This document shows, in pieces, positions 52,709 to 64,000 of a stretch of 64,000 nt of DNA; position 1 is the first letter of the stretch; every line of letters starts with the position of its first letter. Under the pieces are notes generated by a model that was not told the DNA's origin, searched no databases, and saw only the letters and a list, made by a program, of their open reading frames with translations. This stretch comes from Antedon mediterranea (Eukaryota; Animalia; Echinodermata): the NCBI RefSeq assembly GCF_964355755.1, contig NC_092672.1, forward strand, positions 22,209,237 through 22,273,236. Direction: 5' to 3'. Both the position numbers and the translations under genes were made by a program.

Positions 52709-55299
52709 GCCTATGCTACATTCACTCCATCGGACATTCTGAACGACATACGCATTTCTGAAAGGTTCTGTTTAAAGACAGCCATTCTTTTCTTGTTATT
52801 CGGCCGACTTTGACATTCGATAGAACGTGAAAATCCCTTTATATGCTGGGATGAAGAACATAACCGACTTGAGGAAGAGCCAGCGTTTTCCGGTTTTTTT
52901 TAAAATTTGTACTTCAGCATTGTTGAAACATAGCTTGCGTGCTTTCTCACATATATAATAAACATATACCTAATAATAGTTTTTTATAATTTTTGTTTCA
53001 TTAATGGCTTTCAAAATCATCATAATGACAGAAGATGAATGTCGATAGTATTCGACAGAACAGAGTCTTTTTCAATGTACTAAGCAATGTGGGATGGTAA
53101 AGAGTTGGAACAGATTTCAAGAGTTTCGTCCCGACGATTAAGATCGTGTAATGAGTATCCAAGTACCAGTTTCGATTCATGAAGCCTAACGGATTTTCAT
53201 GTTTGCCGAGAATGATGGTAGACTGGTATTTGCCTTCAAGGACGTCACCATGTACGTTGTAACTTTACAGACGACTTTGGAGAGCACTTTACAAACAGGT
53301 GAAATGATGGATACACCAAGACATTTGAAGTTAAGTCAACGCTTTTGCTAAACACCTGTTATCGTGCCAGGGAGTGATTTACGGCAGCGAAATCTGTCAG
53401 CCGATGTTGTTTGGACAGTATGTAGCCGAACGTTCATCTATAAAATTGACCATGAAACGGCAAAAGATGATCGCTCACGTAAACGGCAAGCAAATATTTG
53501 CTCAGAGAATGCTACCAAACCGAGTCGTTGAAGGCTGTCAGGATGCATGTGTTCTCTTGGTAAAACGCAATCTGCAAAATGTATCATTATGCTTCACAAA
53601 GAAGATAGCGTTATTCCATCCATAATCCGTACACGTTACCTACATCTTTAATAAGTCGTTTGTTATACACAGTTCATTGTTGCTATATTATTATTCATGG
53701 AGAGCACTCCCGGATCACTTCATTATTTCTTATAGTATATTTTGAAACAATTTTAAATAATACAATGTTTAACCAGGTTTTATATTTTTTCTATATATTT
53801 GGTATTAATGAAAATAATGTATTTGTTATGTATATTAGAAAAAATATATAAAAAGAAATATGATTTACAATATTATTTAAATTATTTGTACTGTATATAA
53901 TTTGACACACGCACATACAAAGACGCAGACAACTGATGGATAAACTTTTACTTTGATTAGAAGAATTAAATATTGGATTTGATATATAATAATTCTAATT
54001 TTTGTTAATTATAATCACAGACAAAACGAGATTTTAGGCTATAAGTAATCATTCCTAATACCGTAAGCACATTTGTCATAAATGTAGGCCATACAACATT
54101 GGAATGTCGGTCCTTGACTCGCTACGGATTACCGTAGGTTAGAGCCTGTTTACACGTATGGGCGTAACGCGTAAGCCATGGCGTACGCATTGCGTAGCCT
54201 ACGCCTTGCGTGTGAAGGCACTTACTACGCCACGTTCGTGGCGTTAGATAACGAGCCTAACGCTGTGTCGTTTGTTCAACAGTGCATTGTTTCTTGATAA
54301 TTTATTTATTCAGAGCACACCAGAACACTTTTTTTATATAGTATATTTCTAAACATTTTTATATAATACAATTTTTAATAACCATATATATTTTTTATAT
54401 TTTGTAATGACCAATTGATGATTATTTAATTTGTAGGCCTATATTGGACAAAATAAAAATAAAATATATTTGACATATTATTATTTGATATAATTTAACG
54501 TACGCACATAAAGAGACACAGACAACTAAACTTTTACTTTGATTAGAAGTAATAATTGTTTATTTGATTTGATATAATAATTCTATTATTTGCTAAGTCT
54601 ACTCTAAGACCCGTAAGGTCCGTATTAATGACTGGACTAACTATCTCTGGATTTAGTCTGGACAATCTTTAGTCCTGGACTAAACCAGTATTAAAATCGG
54701 CAAAAGATAGTCATGAATAGGCCTACGGGCCAATGTGATTGTGGCCTACACTATGCAGTCATTCACAGTACGCATTAACCTCAACAACAGTCACTGATCG
54801 TTTTATATTTTAGTACATATAGATATAGATTTCACATACCAGTTCATAAATCACATTTAGTCCAAAAATATCATAACCAGCAACTACAATTGAAAAACAT
54901 TCATGTCAACAAGAAAAGCAACTTACAAATATATTAATAAACAACTTCACTTAACAGGTCTGCCTCATTATTTAAGCCCTTAATTTCAAAACTGAACTTG
55001 TCATGGCACACAACAAAGCGGCAAGTACGCCACCAATATTTTTGAACGTAAGTGTAACAGTTATCAGACATTCAAACACTCTCCGTTTATTTAAGTGTTG
55101 ATATACTATTTGTTAGCAAAGTGTATTTAGAAGTGATAGTGAGTTTACAGTAGGCCTGTAAAGATGGCCTATGATTGTGTAAATGCTATTTTAGGAAACA
55201 AATGCAAACTTTATGTCTGTTCTGTTATACTAGTAGGCCTACTTTAACTAAAATCATTGGTAATGTTTGTCTTGCTAAAAGATGTTGCTAGTAGTTGTA

Positions 55300-55590
55300 T
55301 CACAAAAACATGAAAAATGAAGATTAATTAAATCAGACTTTGAATAGGTTATTTTGTAGTTTTAATAAAGTTAATCAATTCCGTAGAAAAAAAAAAGTTT
55401 TCACTTATAAAATAACATAATAAATGGTTAAATTCAACCAAAAATCCATTGGCTGGCAGCCAATTTGACCATTTTTGCTTAAATACATTTTTTTAGATCC
55501 AATTTATCCAAAAGTGGATAACTATCATGTGGCATTAAATGGCATATTGAAAAAGTTAAAGTTAAAAATTATTTTTCAGGGGGGACAATA
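55300..55590 (+). repeat. Dispersed repeat, copy 2 (see ~8060-8350)
   Basis: Same diagnostic blocks as the 8.1-kb copy. Confidence 0.75.
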
Positions 55591-56374
55591 CATCTTTAAA
55601 CGAAATTTCCTAGGTTTAATCAATTTAGTAGGCCTAGTAACTATATGGTCGCAATAAAGTGTATTTTGATTGTATGAGCATTAAGCGATTGATTATCCAA
55701 ACTTTCACTTGTCATTTAATTTAATTTAATTGTCATTTAATATTTAATTTTAATTGGTTAAAACAACGAAAGGAATGTGCTCACCCCCACAACTAACGTT
55801 TGCACTATTTTCTATAAATCGATAACAGGCCTATCAGAAGTAAAATAGGCATACAACTTATTTTCTAAGCATGCAATTTGGGTAAAAATACACACAATTT
55901 TTCAATAAAAATAGGTAGTCTGTGTAAAAAATAATATAAAAATATATTAGTTAATAAGGTTTTTTTTTAATTGTTGTAATATTGTTTATGGGGCCCTCAA
56001 AACGACAACAAAACATAATAATGGCATAAAAATGGGAAGAGGCATTAATAAAAAGATTAAAATGTAGGGCTACAATAAAACAATGTTAAAAATTGGATTA
56101 ATTAATATAAGTCATTGCAGTTATTTCCCAGGTACGTACTTCTCAAGATCCAGGTCATAGAATGTAGAGTCGCCCAGCAGCAGCACACGTGTGTGATGGC
56201 ATGATGGCTCATCAAAAAAAGTTCTCAAAATGAAACATGTATTTATATGGGGTGAACATGTTGTTACGTTTGTTACCGGTAATATTTTATGGTAATTAAT
56301 AATTTATAGAACAGTGAATGTTAGGAAAAAATGGCGAAATAAATCTAAGGGTACACTCAGCTACTACTATAATT

Positions 56375-56665
56375 AGCCCTATTAGGCCTAGCCTAGTAGT
56401 AGGCCTAGGCTAAATACTATTACTACGTAGGCCTACTACTAGCTAGGCCTAGGCCTAGCCTAGGCCTAGCTAGGCCTAAGTGTCTGTAGGCCTACTTATG
56501 TAGGGTGATGTAGGCCTAAGGCTATAGGCCTAAGGCTATAGGCCTACTACTAACTGATTTCTCTAGGCCTAGGCCTAAATACTAAATACTACTAACTAGG
56601 CCTAGTGTCTGTCTATAGGCCTAGGCCTACTTATGTAAGTTGATGTAGGCCTAAGGCTATACTAG
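56375..56665. repeat. TAGGCCTA-rich low-complexity palindromic tract
   Basis: More than a dozen AGGCCT/TAGGCCTA palindromes in ~290 bp. Confidence 0.85.
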
Positions 56666-57560
56666 ACAAAAAGGGTGCTAGAGTAATAGATAGGAGGAGG
56701 AACAGGTAAGGCTGGACCAGGCCTAGTACAAGTTAGGCTTATAGCTAGCTAGATACTGTTTAGGCATAGCCTACTAGGATCATCATAATAGCAGTTTTCA
56801 TACTGGAATTACGGAAAAAGGTTAAAGGTTTCAAGATGGTTTTAGGCCTGGGGTTAAACCATATAATATTTATATTATAAATAAAGGAAGTAAATTCATT
56901 GGTTAGTGTTCATTAAATATCTTTGTATCAAAATTGATTAAATTCACAGCGTTAATGAATGGTGGCACAGAATAGTTAGCTCTTGTTAAGAAAGCTAATT
57001 GTAATACTTTACTCTCTGTCCAAATTAGCTATTAAATCAAATCAACATCACAGGCAGAATGGCAAAGCATACCAGGTACACACACACTCACATTCCTAGT
57101 GAGTGTCTAAGGACACAATTACAACTCCTCCACTCCCAAAGACTTGTAATAAGACTTTGTTTATGTAGAGCATCTTGTGTATTTGTTTGTCTTGTGAACC
57201 TAGCTCTGAGGGTCCCTAATGATCAGCAATTGCTGGATGGATCACCCTCATTAAATATGGTTTTTAAAAAATATTAAAAACTGTAAATCAAGAAAAACAA
57301 CATAAAAAAGTAAGTCACAATGTGTACATCATCATCATTTGTCAGCTTATTGATCATGTCATCTGATTAAAATTTACTATTAAAATTGTTGTTTGATTGT
57401 TGAAGTATTTGGCCCTTTAGTATTCTGGGTATGTTGAGGGTTTAAAATAAGATTTTAATGCAACGTAAAAACAATGTCATTGCAGTATACCATCAAATTA
57501 TTTTCTGTTTTATTATTAATGCAAACATTCTTTTATAATTATATAATGTCATTTTGTCAG

Positions 57561-57664
57561 GTTTAATCCATTGCATATAATAACAGATGCAATGGTTAAA
57601 ACAACGGTGTGTACACCAGATGCCAGTAACAAAGAAATGTTGAAAGAAACAACGCAGGATATTT
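57561..57664 (+). CDS. Copy 2 exon: switch I
   Basis: ttgtcag|FNPLHIITDAMVKTTVCTPDASNKEMLKETTQDI|gtaaat; phase 2 to 1, homologous to 25932-26038. Confidence 0.8.
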
Positions 57665-60600
57665 GTAAATATTCACTTTATTCAGAAACATGCTGCAACC
57701 AAAATAGATGATTTATTTATATTTTTTAATTTATTTTTTATAATTATTTAGGCAAATTGCCAAAGATAACCATAGCGAATTAATTCACTATTCTTCTTAA
57801 AGGTAGCAATCATGTTCACAATACAAACATACACAAGATGCTCTACATAAACAAAGTCTTATTACAAGTCTTTGGGAGTGGAGTTGTATTAAATTGTCAT
57901 TAGAAAAAATCCTGGAATATGACATGACTTCAACCCAGCACCCTTCAATTGGTAGCCAAGCATCATAACCACCAAGCCACAACTCTACTCCAAATTTAAA
58001 ATTCACACATACTCATGCACTGTCATGTCACAACTTGTTTTATTATGTTTTATTTTTTTACCAAATAATTGTTGTTCTCATGTCATTGTAAATCAATTGA
58101 ATAGACACTCTAGGTTTAATATTTGGGTGACAATTTGCGACTAGTTCTTGCACACAAATGACTTTGATATTTCATAAATGCACGGAGAAAACCACTACCA
58201 TATAAACATACAAGTTATTTAAATTCAATTTGAGGATAAATTAGTTTTTAAATTATTGCAACAACATCATAAAAATGGTTTCAAATTGTCTATGCTTTTA
58301 AAAACCAATGTAACTGTGTAAGAAATAAAATAATATATACATGATTTTATTAACATTTTTTAATTTAAAAGCTTTAGACATATATCAGGATGCTGTCACT
58401 GATGTCACAGTTAAACAAATGTTGAAAAGTCCACGCCATACAAAAGGATACAAACCAAGAGCAGGACCATCAAAGCAGGAAACAAAATCTGGTAAAAAGA
58501 AAGTTAATTCAAATTTACTTAAAATGTCTTTATTGTTATTGTAATCTGCTGTAAAATAAATTTAAAAGTATAAACATAAAAGGCACAAAATACCAATCAA
58601 TATAAAATTGGTACAAAAGAGATTTTTTTTAAATAAATTTATTATAAAAGTTTGGATTACTGCTGTGACATTTAAATTCAAATAGAGAATACAAAAGATA
58701 CACATATTATAATGATGATGGCAAATTGGATCAGGTGGGAATCGGCAAAAAATGATTTATTACACTAACCTTTGTTCTTGCCAAGTGAATTTGATTCTAA
58801 AACATAATGATGAATGCTAATAACAAGGTAGAATCTTTAATTATATCAACACAATTTTCAGAAAGTAGACATGAGAAAAATAAAAACCCCACAGGAGCAT
58901 CAACATCAAAACAGGAAGCCAAATCTGGTGAAACATCAACAAGTTCAAATCCAAACCCACAAAAAGATGGTAAATATTTATTTTGAAATATGTTTGATTG
59001 TGCTGTTCATACATATTAATGATATCAGAAATAAAGACTAAAAGTGCTAAATATTGAAATGATTAAAGGAGTGGAAATTTAATCATAATCATCAGTGTCT
59101 GCTAATGAACATATATTATCTTGCAAGTTACTTTGACAGTTAATACTAATATTTGTATATTGTATGACACTGCTGTGTAATCTATTCAACTTGCAGTACA
59201 ATGTGGTTAAATAAACTCATCACTAAACCATTGATTGGAAAGGATAAGGTTTAGAATACTTAAATATTGCATTGGAAATACTTTTTCTTTAAATAAAAAA
59301 GTTATAGTTGGTAATCCCAATTGAGGAGACCTAATGCAAGTTGTTGTATGTGTTATATATTTTATCACAACAGAACCAGTGTATGAAGAAAAACCAGAAA
59401 TTCCTAAAGGGTTCAGGAACAAATTTGTAAGCAAACTTCGCTCTGCAAGAGAAGGTGGTGACCCTAAAGTGGATAGCAACAAGTTTGTTATGCATATCTG
59501 GGACTTTGGTGGTCAACCAATTTACCATGTGATACAACGGGTAAATTTTATTGGTGTATTTAATTTTTATTAATAGAGATTAGTTTTGCCGTCAATATTC
59601 AATATACATGCCTTCTTCTGAGCTTCTGTTAGTTTCAGTGTATACTTTGTCTTTTGGCCTTGTTACAATATGAGCACTGAAATCAAAAAGCTTGCTCACT
59701 TGATTTGAAGTTAAGAACCTATAATCTTCCTCCAAGGTATTACAAAAATGTGGATCTAATATAGTACAATATGTCAGTATCAGATATAAAATACAATTAT
59801 TATTATTATTACAATATTATAAATTAGTTTATTCTTCATTTAATTTAATAAAGTCAACTCGGTCTCTAGTCCCTAATTACCAGAAACCAAACCCAGAATT
59901 GAGGTCAAAAGCTCCAAATTCTTTTTTACCTTTAAAAATACATTTGGAATATCAGAATTTCTGTAAACCAAGACATATTATGCCAGCCGAATGGTGTCCA
60001 GTTTTGGGAGACTTTAAGTAAAATAGTATTAATTGATGTAATATAATGTATTATTAGCAATAGCAGAGAGGGATAGCAAAGAAAGAATGTAATATTAAAC
60101 ATTCATTATTTATTAAACCAATATGATTAAGATTGTAAATGTTTCCAAGGTTAACATGCAGTTTGTGAGGAAAACAAAAGTATCAAATAATCAGTTGTGC
60201 CAGTATACTGACACATGTGTATAAACAGTTTGTAATATTGACTATTATGATTATGTTTACTAGATATTCATGGTGTCTTATGCTGTTGTATGTGTGGTAT
60301 TCAACATGAATGAAGGTCTTAATGCCCCAGCTAAAGTTCGTGATCCAACTACTGTAAGTAGATATATGATTGTTGTTATTTCCACTTCCATGATACTGTT
60401 GGTAATAGCAGATGCCTGATATATGATTGTTGTTATTTCCACTTCCATGATAGTGTTGTTAATAGCAGATGCCTGATATATGATTGTTGTTAATTCCACT
60501 TCTATGATAGTGTTGTTAATAGCAGATGCCTGATATATGATTGTTGTTATTTCCACTTCCATGATAGTGTTGTTAATAGCAGATGCCTGATATATGATTG

Positions 60601-63460
60601 TTGTTATTTCCACTTCTATGATAGTGTTGTTAATAGCAGATGCCTGATATATGATTGTTGTTATTTCCACTTCTATGATAGTGTTGTTAATAGCAGATGC
60701 CTGATATATGATTGTTGTTAATTCCACTTCCATGATAGTGTTGTTAATAGCAGATGCCTGATATATGATTGTTGTTAATTCCACTTCCATGATAGTGTTG
60801 TTAATAGCAGATGCCTGATATATGATTGTTGTTATTTCCACTTCTATGATAGTGTTGTTAATAGCAGATGCCTGATATATGATTGTTGTTAATTCCACTT
60901 CCATGATAGTGTTGTTAATAGCAGATGCCTGATATATGATTGTTGTTAATTCCACTTCCATGATAGTGTTGTTAATAGCAGATGCCTGATATATGATTGT
61001 TGTTAATTCCACTTCCATGATAGTGTTGTTAATAGCAGATGCCTGATATATGATTGTTGTTATTTCCACTTCCATGATAGTGTTGTTAATAGCAGATGCC
61101 TGATATATGATTGTTGTTAATTCCACTTCCATGATAGTGTTGTTAATAGCAGATGCCTGATATATGATTGTTGTTAATTCCACTTCCATGATAGTGTTGT
61201 TAATAGCAGATGCCTGATATATGATTGTTGTTAATTCCACTTCCATGATAGTGTTGTTAATAGCAGATGCCTGATATATGATTGTTGTTATTTCCACTTC
61301 TATGATAGTGTTGTTAATAGCAGATGCCTGATATATGATTGTTGTTAATTCCACTTCCATGATAGTGTTGTTAATAGCAGATGCCTGATATATGATTGTT
61401 GTTAATTCCACTTCCATGATAGTGTTGTTAATAGCAGATGCCTGATATATGATTGTTGTTAATTCCACTTCCATGATAGTGTTGTTAATAGCAGATGCCT
61501 GATATATGATTGTTGTTATTTCCACTTCCATGATAGTGTTGTTAATAGCAGATGCCTGATATATGATTGTTGTTAATTCCACTTCCATGATAGTGAATTG
61601 TTAATAGCAGATGCCTGATAATGATATATGATTGTTGTTATTTTCACTTCCATGATAGTGTTGTTAATAGCAGATGCCTGATATATGATTGTTGTTAATT
61701 CCACTTCCATGATAGTGTTGTTAATAGCAGATGCCTGATATATGATTGTTGTTAATTCCACTTCCATGATAGTGTTGTTAATAGCAGATGCCTGATATAT
61801 GATTGTTGTTAATTCCACTTCCATGATAGTGTTGTTAATAGCAGATGCCTGATATATGATTGTTGTTAATTCCACTTCCATGATAGTGTTGTTAATAGCA
61901 GATGCCTGATATATGATTGTTGTTAATTCCACTTCCATGATAGTGTTGTTAATAGCAGATGCCTGATATATGATTGTTGTTAATTCTACTTCCATGATAG
62001 TGTTGTTAATAATAATAGCAGATGCCTGATATATGATTGTTGTTAATTCCACTTCCATGATAGTGTTGTTAATAGCAGATGCCTGATATATGATTGTTGT
62101 TAATTCTACTTCCATGATAGTGTTGTTAATAGCAGATGCCTGATATATGATTGTTGTTATTTCCACTTCCATGATAGTGTTGTTAATAGCAGATGCCTGA
62201 TATATGATTGTTGTTATTTCCACTTCCATGATAGTGTTGTTAATAGCAGATGCCTGATATATGAATGTTGTTATTTCCACTTCCATGATAGTGTTGGTAA
62301 TAGCAGATGCCTGATATATGATTGTTGTTAATTCTACTTCCATGATAGTGTTGTTAATAGCAGATGCCTGATATATGATTGTTGTTATTTCCACTTCCAT
62401 GATAGTGTTGTTAATAGCAGATGCCTGATATATGATTGTTGTTATTTCCACTTCCATGATAGTGTTGTTAATAGCAGATGCCTGATATATGATTGTTGTT
62501 ATTTCCACTTCCATGATAGTGTTGTTTTTCTATTAATTTGTGCTGCTAATAATAATAGATAATTTGTCAAACTAGAACTTTAAAAATTTTAAATGTAAAT
62601 TTTGTTCATTTTTTTTTATTTAGGGAAAAGTTTATGAACATCGAATGACAAATCTTGACTTCATTCTGTTTTGGATTCGTTCTGTTTTTGTAAACGTAAG
62701 AAAAGGAAAAAATAACAAGATAATGCTGATTGGTACACATTATGAGAGCCTTGGTAAAACTGAACAAGAAAGACAACAAAGGGTACATATGTCATCACAT
62801 TTCCTTTTAAACAGTACAAAATTGTATATTGTCATTAGTTCATTGGAAACAATATGTAGTTCCATCTCTAACATTGGCAATCATGTATGATTGTTTTATA
62901 TGTCATGTCATGAGCATACTACTGTACTGTGCTGGCTTATTATTAACTAATTAACTTAACTTAATTTTTTTTTTCATTTCGATATAATAAAACAAATAAA
63001 AGGGTATACAAATATCTATGATTTAGCACACATTTTGAATTTGTTTTCTTAAATTGGTATAATTATACAATGTACACTGGGTAAGTAAATGCGTAACATA
63101 ACTTAAACGAAACACTTTTTGCACTTTACAAAAGGGGTTTTGGTTGGCTAAGCACACTCTAAATCTTCCCTCGACATAAGTATAATTCAAATATGATGTT
63201 ATTTATTTTAGGTAAAGGAAATAGAGAATATACTTTGGAAAGCCCTGGAAGGAAAACCATTCGAGGACATGGTGTTTCAAGAAGAGCTCTTTACCATTGA
63301 AAACAGTGTCTCATTTGAAAAGAGCGGTGCTTCTAAAATCATCCTCAAAATACAAAAATTAGTCCAGATGATGATTCTTACTTTTCCAATTAAATGGCTG
63401 CAAGTACTGCTGGAAATACAACGGTTACGAAAAGCCAAACTATATCTACCAACATCTGAG
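57561..63460 (+). CDS. Gene/module 2: paralogous Roc-COR (partial; runs off the window; no P-loop exon found)
   Basis: Seven phase-consistent exons homologous to gene 1, with the same intron positions; ITDAM, WDFGGQ, LIGTHYE, IENS, FPIKW. Confidence 0.85.
57829..57990 (-). mobile_element. Probable tRNA-derived SINE remnant
   Basis: Minus strand TGGCTTGGTGGTTA (A-box-like) ... GGGTTGAAGTC (B-box-like); its 3' part recurs inverted at 57128-57182. Confidence 0.5.
58372..58491 (+). CDS. Copy 2 exon: Roc insert
   Basis: LDIYQDAVTDVTVKQMLKSPRHTKGYKPRAGPSKQETKS|gtaaaa; acceptor could be 6 nt downstream. Confidence 0.72.
58862..58969 (+). CDS. Copy 2 exon: Roc insert
   Basis: ttttcag|SRHEKNKNPTGASTSKQEAKSGETSTSSNPNPQKD|gtaaat. 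Confidence 0.72.
59374..59540 (+). CDS. Copy 2 exon: Roc G3
   Basis: ...KFVMHIWDFGGQPIYHVIQR|gtaaat. Confidence 0.9.
60264..60353 (+). CDS. Copy 2 exon: Roc (90 nt)
   Basis: tactag|IFMVSYAVVCVVFNMNEGLNAPAKVRDPTT|gtaagt; same length as 31673-31762. Confidence 0.88.
60361..62526. repeat. 57-bp tandem repeat, ~38 copies, filling almost the whole intron
   Basis: Unit GATATATGATTGTTGTTA(A/T)TTCCACTTC(C/T)ATGATAGTGTTGTTAATAGCAGATGCCT; starts 7 nt after the exon end. Confidence 0.97.
62624..62782 (+). CDS. Copy 2 exon: Roc G4
   Basis: GKVYEHRMTNLDFILFWIRSVFVNVRKGKNNKIMLIGTHYESLGKTEQERQQR|gtacat. Confidence 0.9.
63212..63460 (+). CDS. Copy 2 exon: Roc G5 / start of COR
   Basis: VKEIENILWKALEGKPFEDMVFQEELFTIENS...FPIKWLQVLLEIQRLR...PTSE|gttaga. 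Confidence 0.9.
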
Positions 63461-64000
63461 GTTAGAATAAAATATCTTTAACAGATTGATTGATGAATGT
63501 GTCTTTTAATGTTTAACATCCATTACATTTAAAGCAATAAACCCTGTTTTTCTGAGTGTTGCATTGAATGGTGTTAATTATAGTGAAAAAAAAGCAAACT
63601 TGTTTTATTACATGTGAAGTTTGTTATTGATAGTAATATAACAGTAATCCCTGCTTTTCTGTCTGTGTTAATTGACTGTTTATGGTGAATCTTCAACAAA
63701 TGAGTGTTTGAAGTGAATCTTCAAACAGGAACGGTGCAATTTTAGTAGAGTACCAAGTACCAAAACAAAAGGAACATTTTTTGTCCTCTAATAATTATTG
63801 AAGTAAGTGGTGAACCTTGAGTTTACTGTTGTTTGGGAATTCAGAATTCAAATCTACCCTTGCATGATAAAGTATTATGTCCTATATAAACAACCTTTCA
63901 ACAACGAAATGAATGATAACATCAACAGAAAATTAGTTTGTGATTAATTAGCATTTTTTTTTTTTTCATTACATTTTTCATTATGATATTTATTTAACTT

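Noticed and set aside
54140-54702. Two short hairpin-like MITE candidates
   Set aside because: Inverted matches too short and imperfect, with no clear TSD.
57900-57990. tRNA gene
   Set aside because: Only degenerate A/B boxes, no cloverleaf; better explained as a SINE head.
60278-62514. 436-aa and 313-aa minus-strand ORFs (MEVELTTIIYQASAINNTI)n
   Set aside because: By-product of a 57-bp (19-codon) satellite lacking stops in one frame; lies in an intron of the + strand Roc gene and is broken by an indel.

Overview
AT-rich animal (invertebrate-type) genomic DNA with GT-AG introns; most entries in the ORF track are spurious or are single exons. The window holds two tandem + strand ROCO-family (Roc GTPase-COR) gene models, assembled by hand from splice sites. 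Gene 1 (>=23 exons, 17668-45462, ~1137 aa in one consistent frame, start codon not located) reads ankyrin repeats - death domain - Roc (with a ~165-aa micro-exon-encoded insert) - COR - tandem DED-like domains, with no kinase. A diverged second Roc-COR copy (57561 to past the window end) shares the intron positions, but I found no P-loop, death-domain or ankyrin exon of its own; its first recognisable exon is phase-compatible with gene 1's P-loop exon. Four homogeneous tandem arrays (23, 26, 107, 57 bp units) all start at or just after an exon 3' end; one amplifies a splice donor and one amplifies the stop codon. Introns and flanks carry nested TIR elements with clear target-site duplications (MULE/Merlin-, Zator/Harbinger-, Sola2- and Academ-like), decayed LINEs, a DIRS-type tyrosine-recombinase remnant and an unexplained intronless ORF island at ~51.4-53.6 kb. 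All family assignments come from motif recognition, not database searches.
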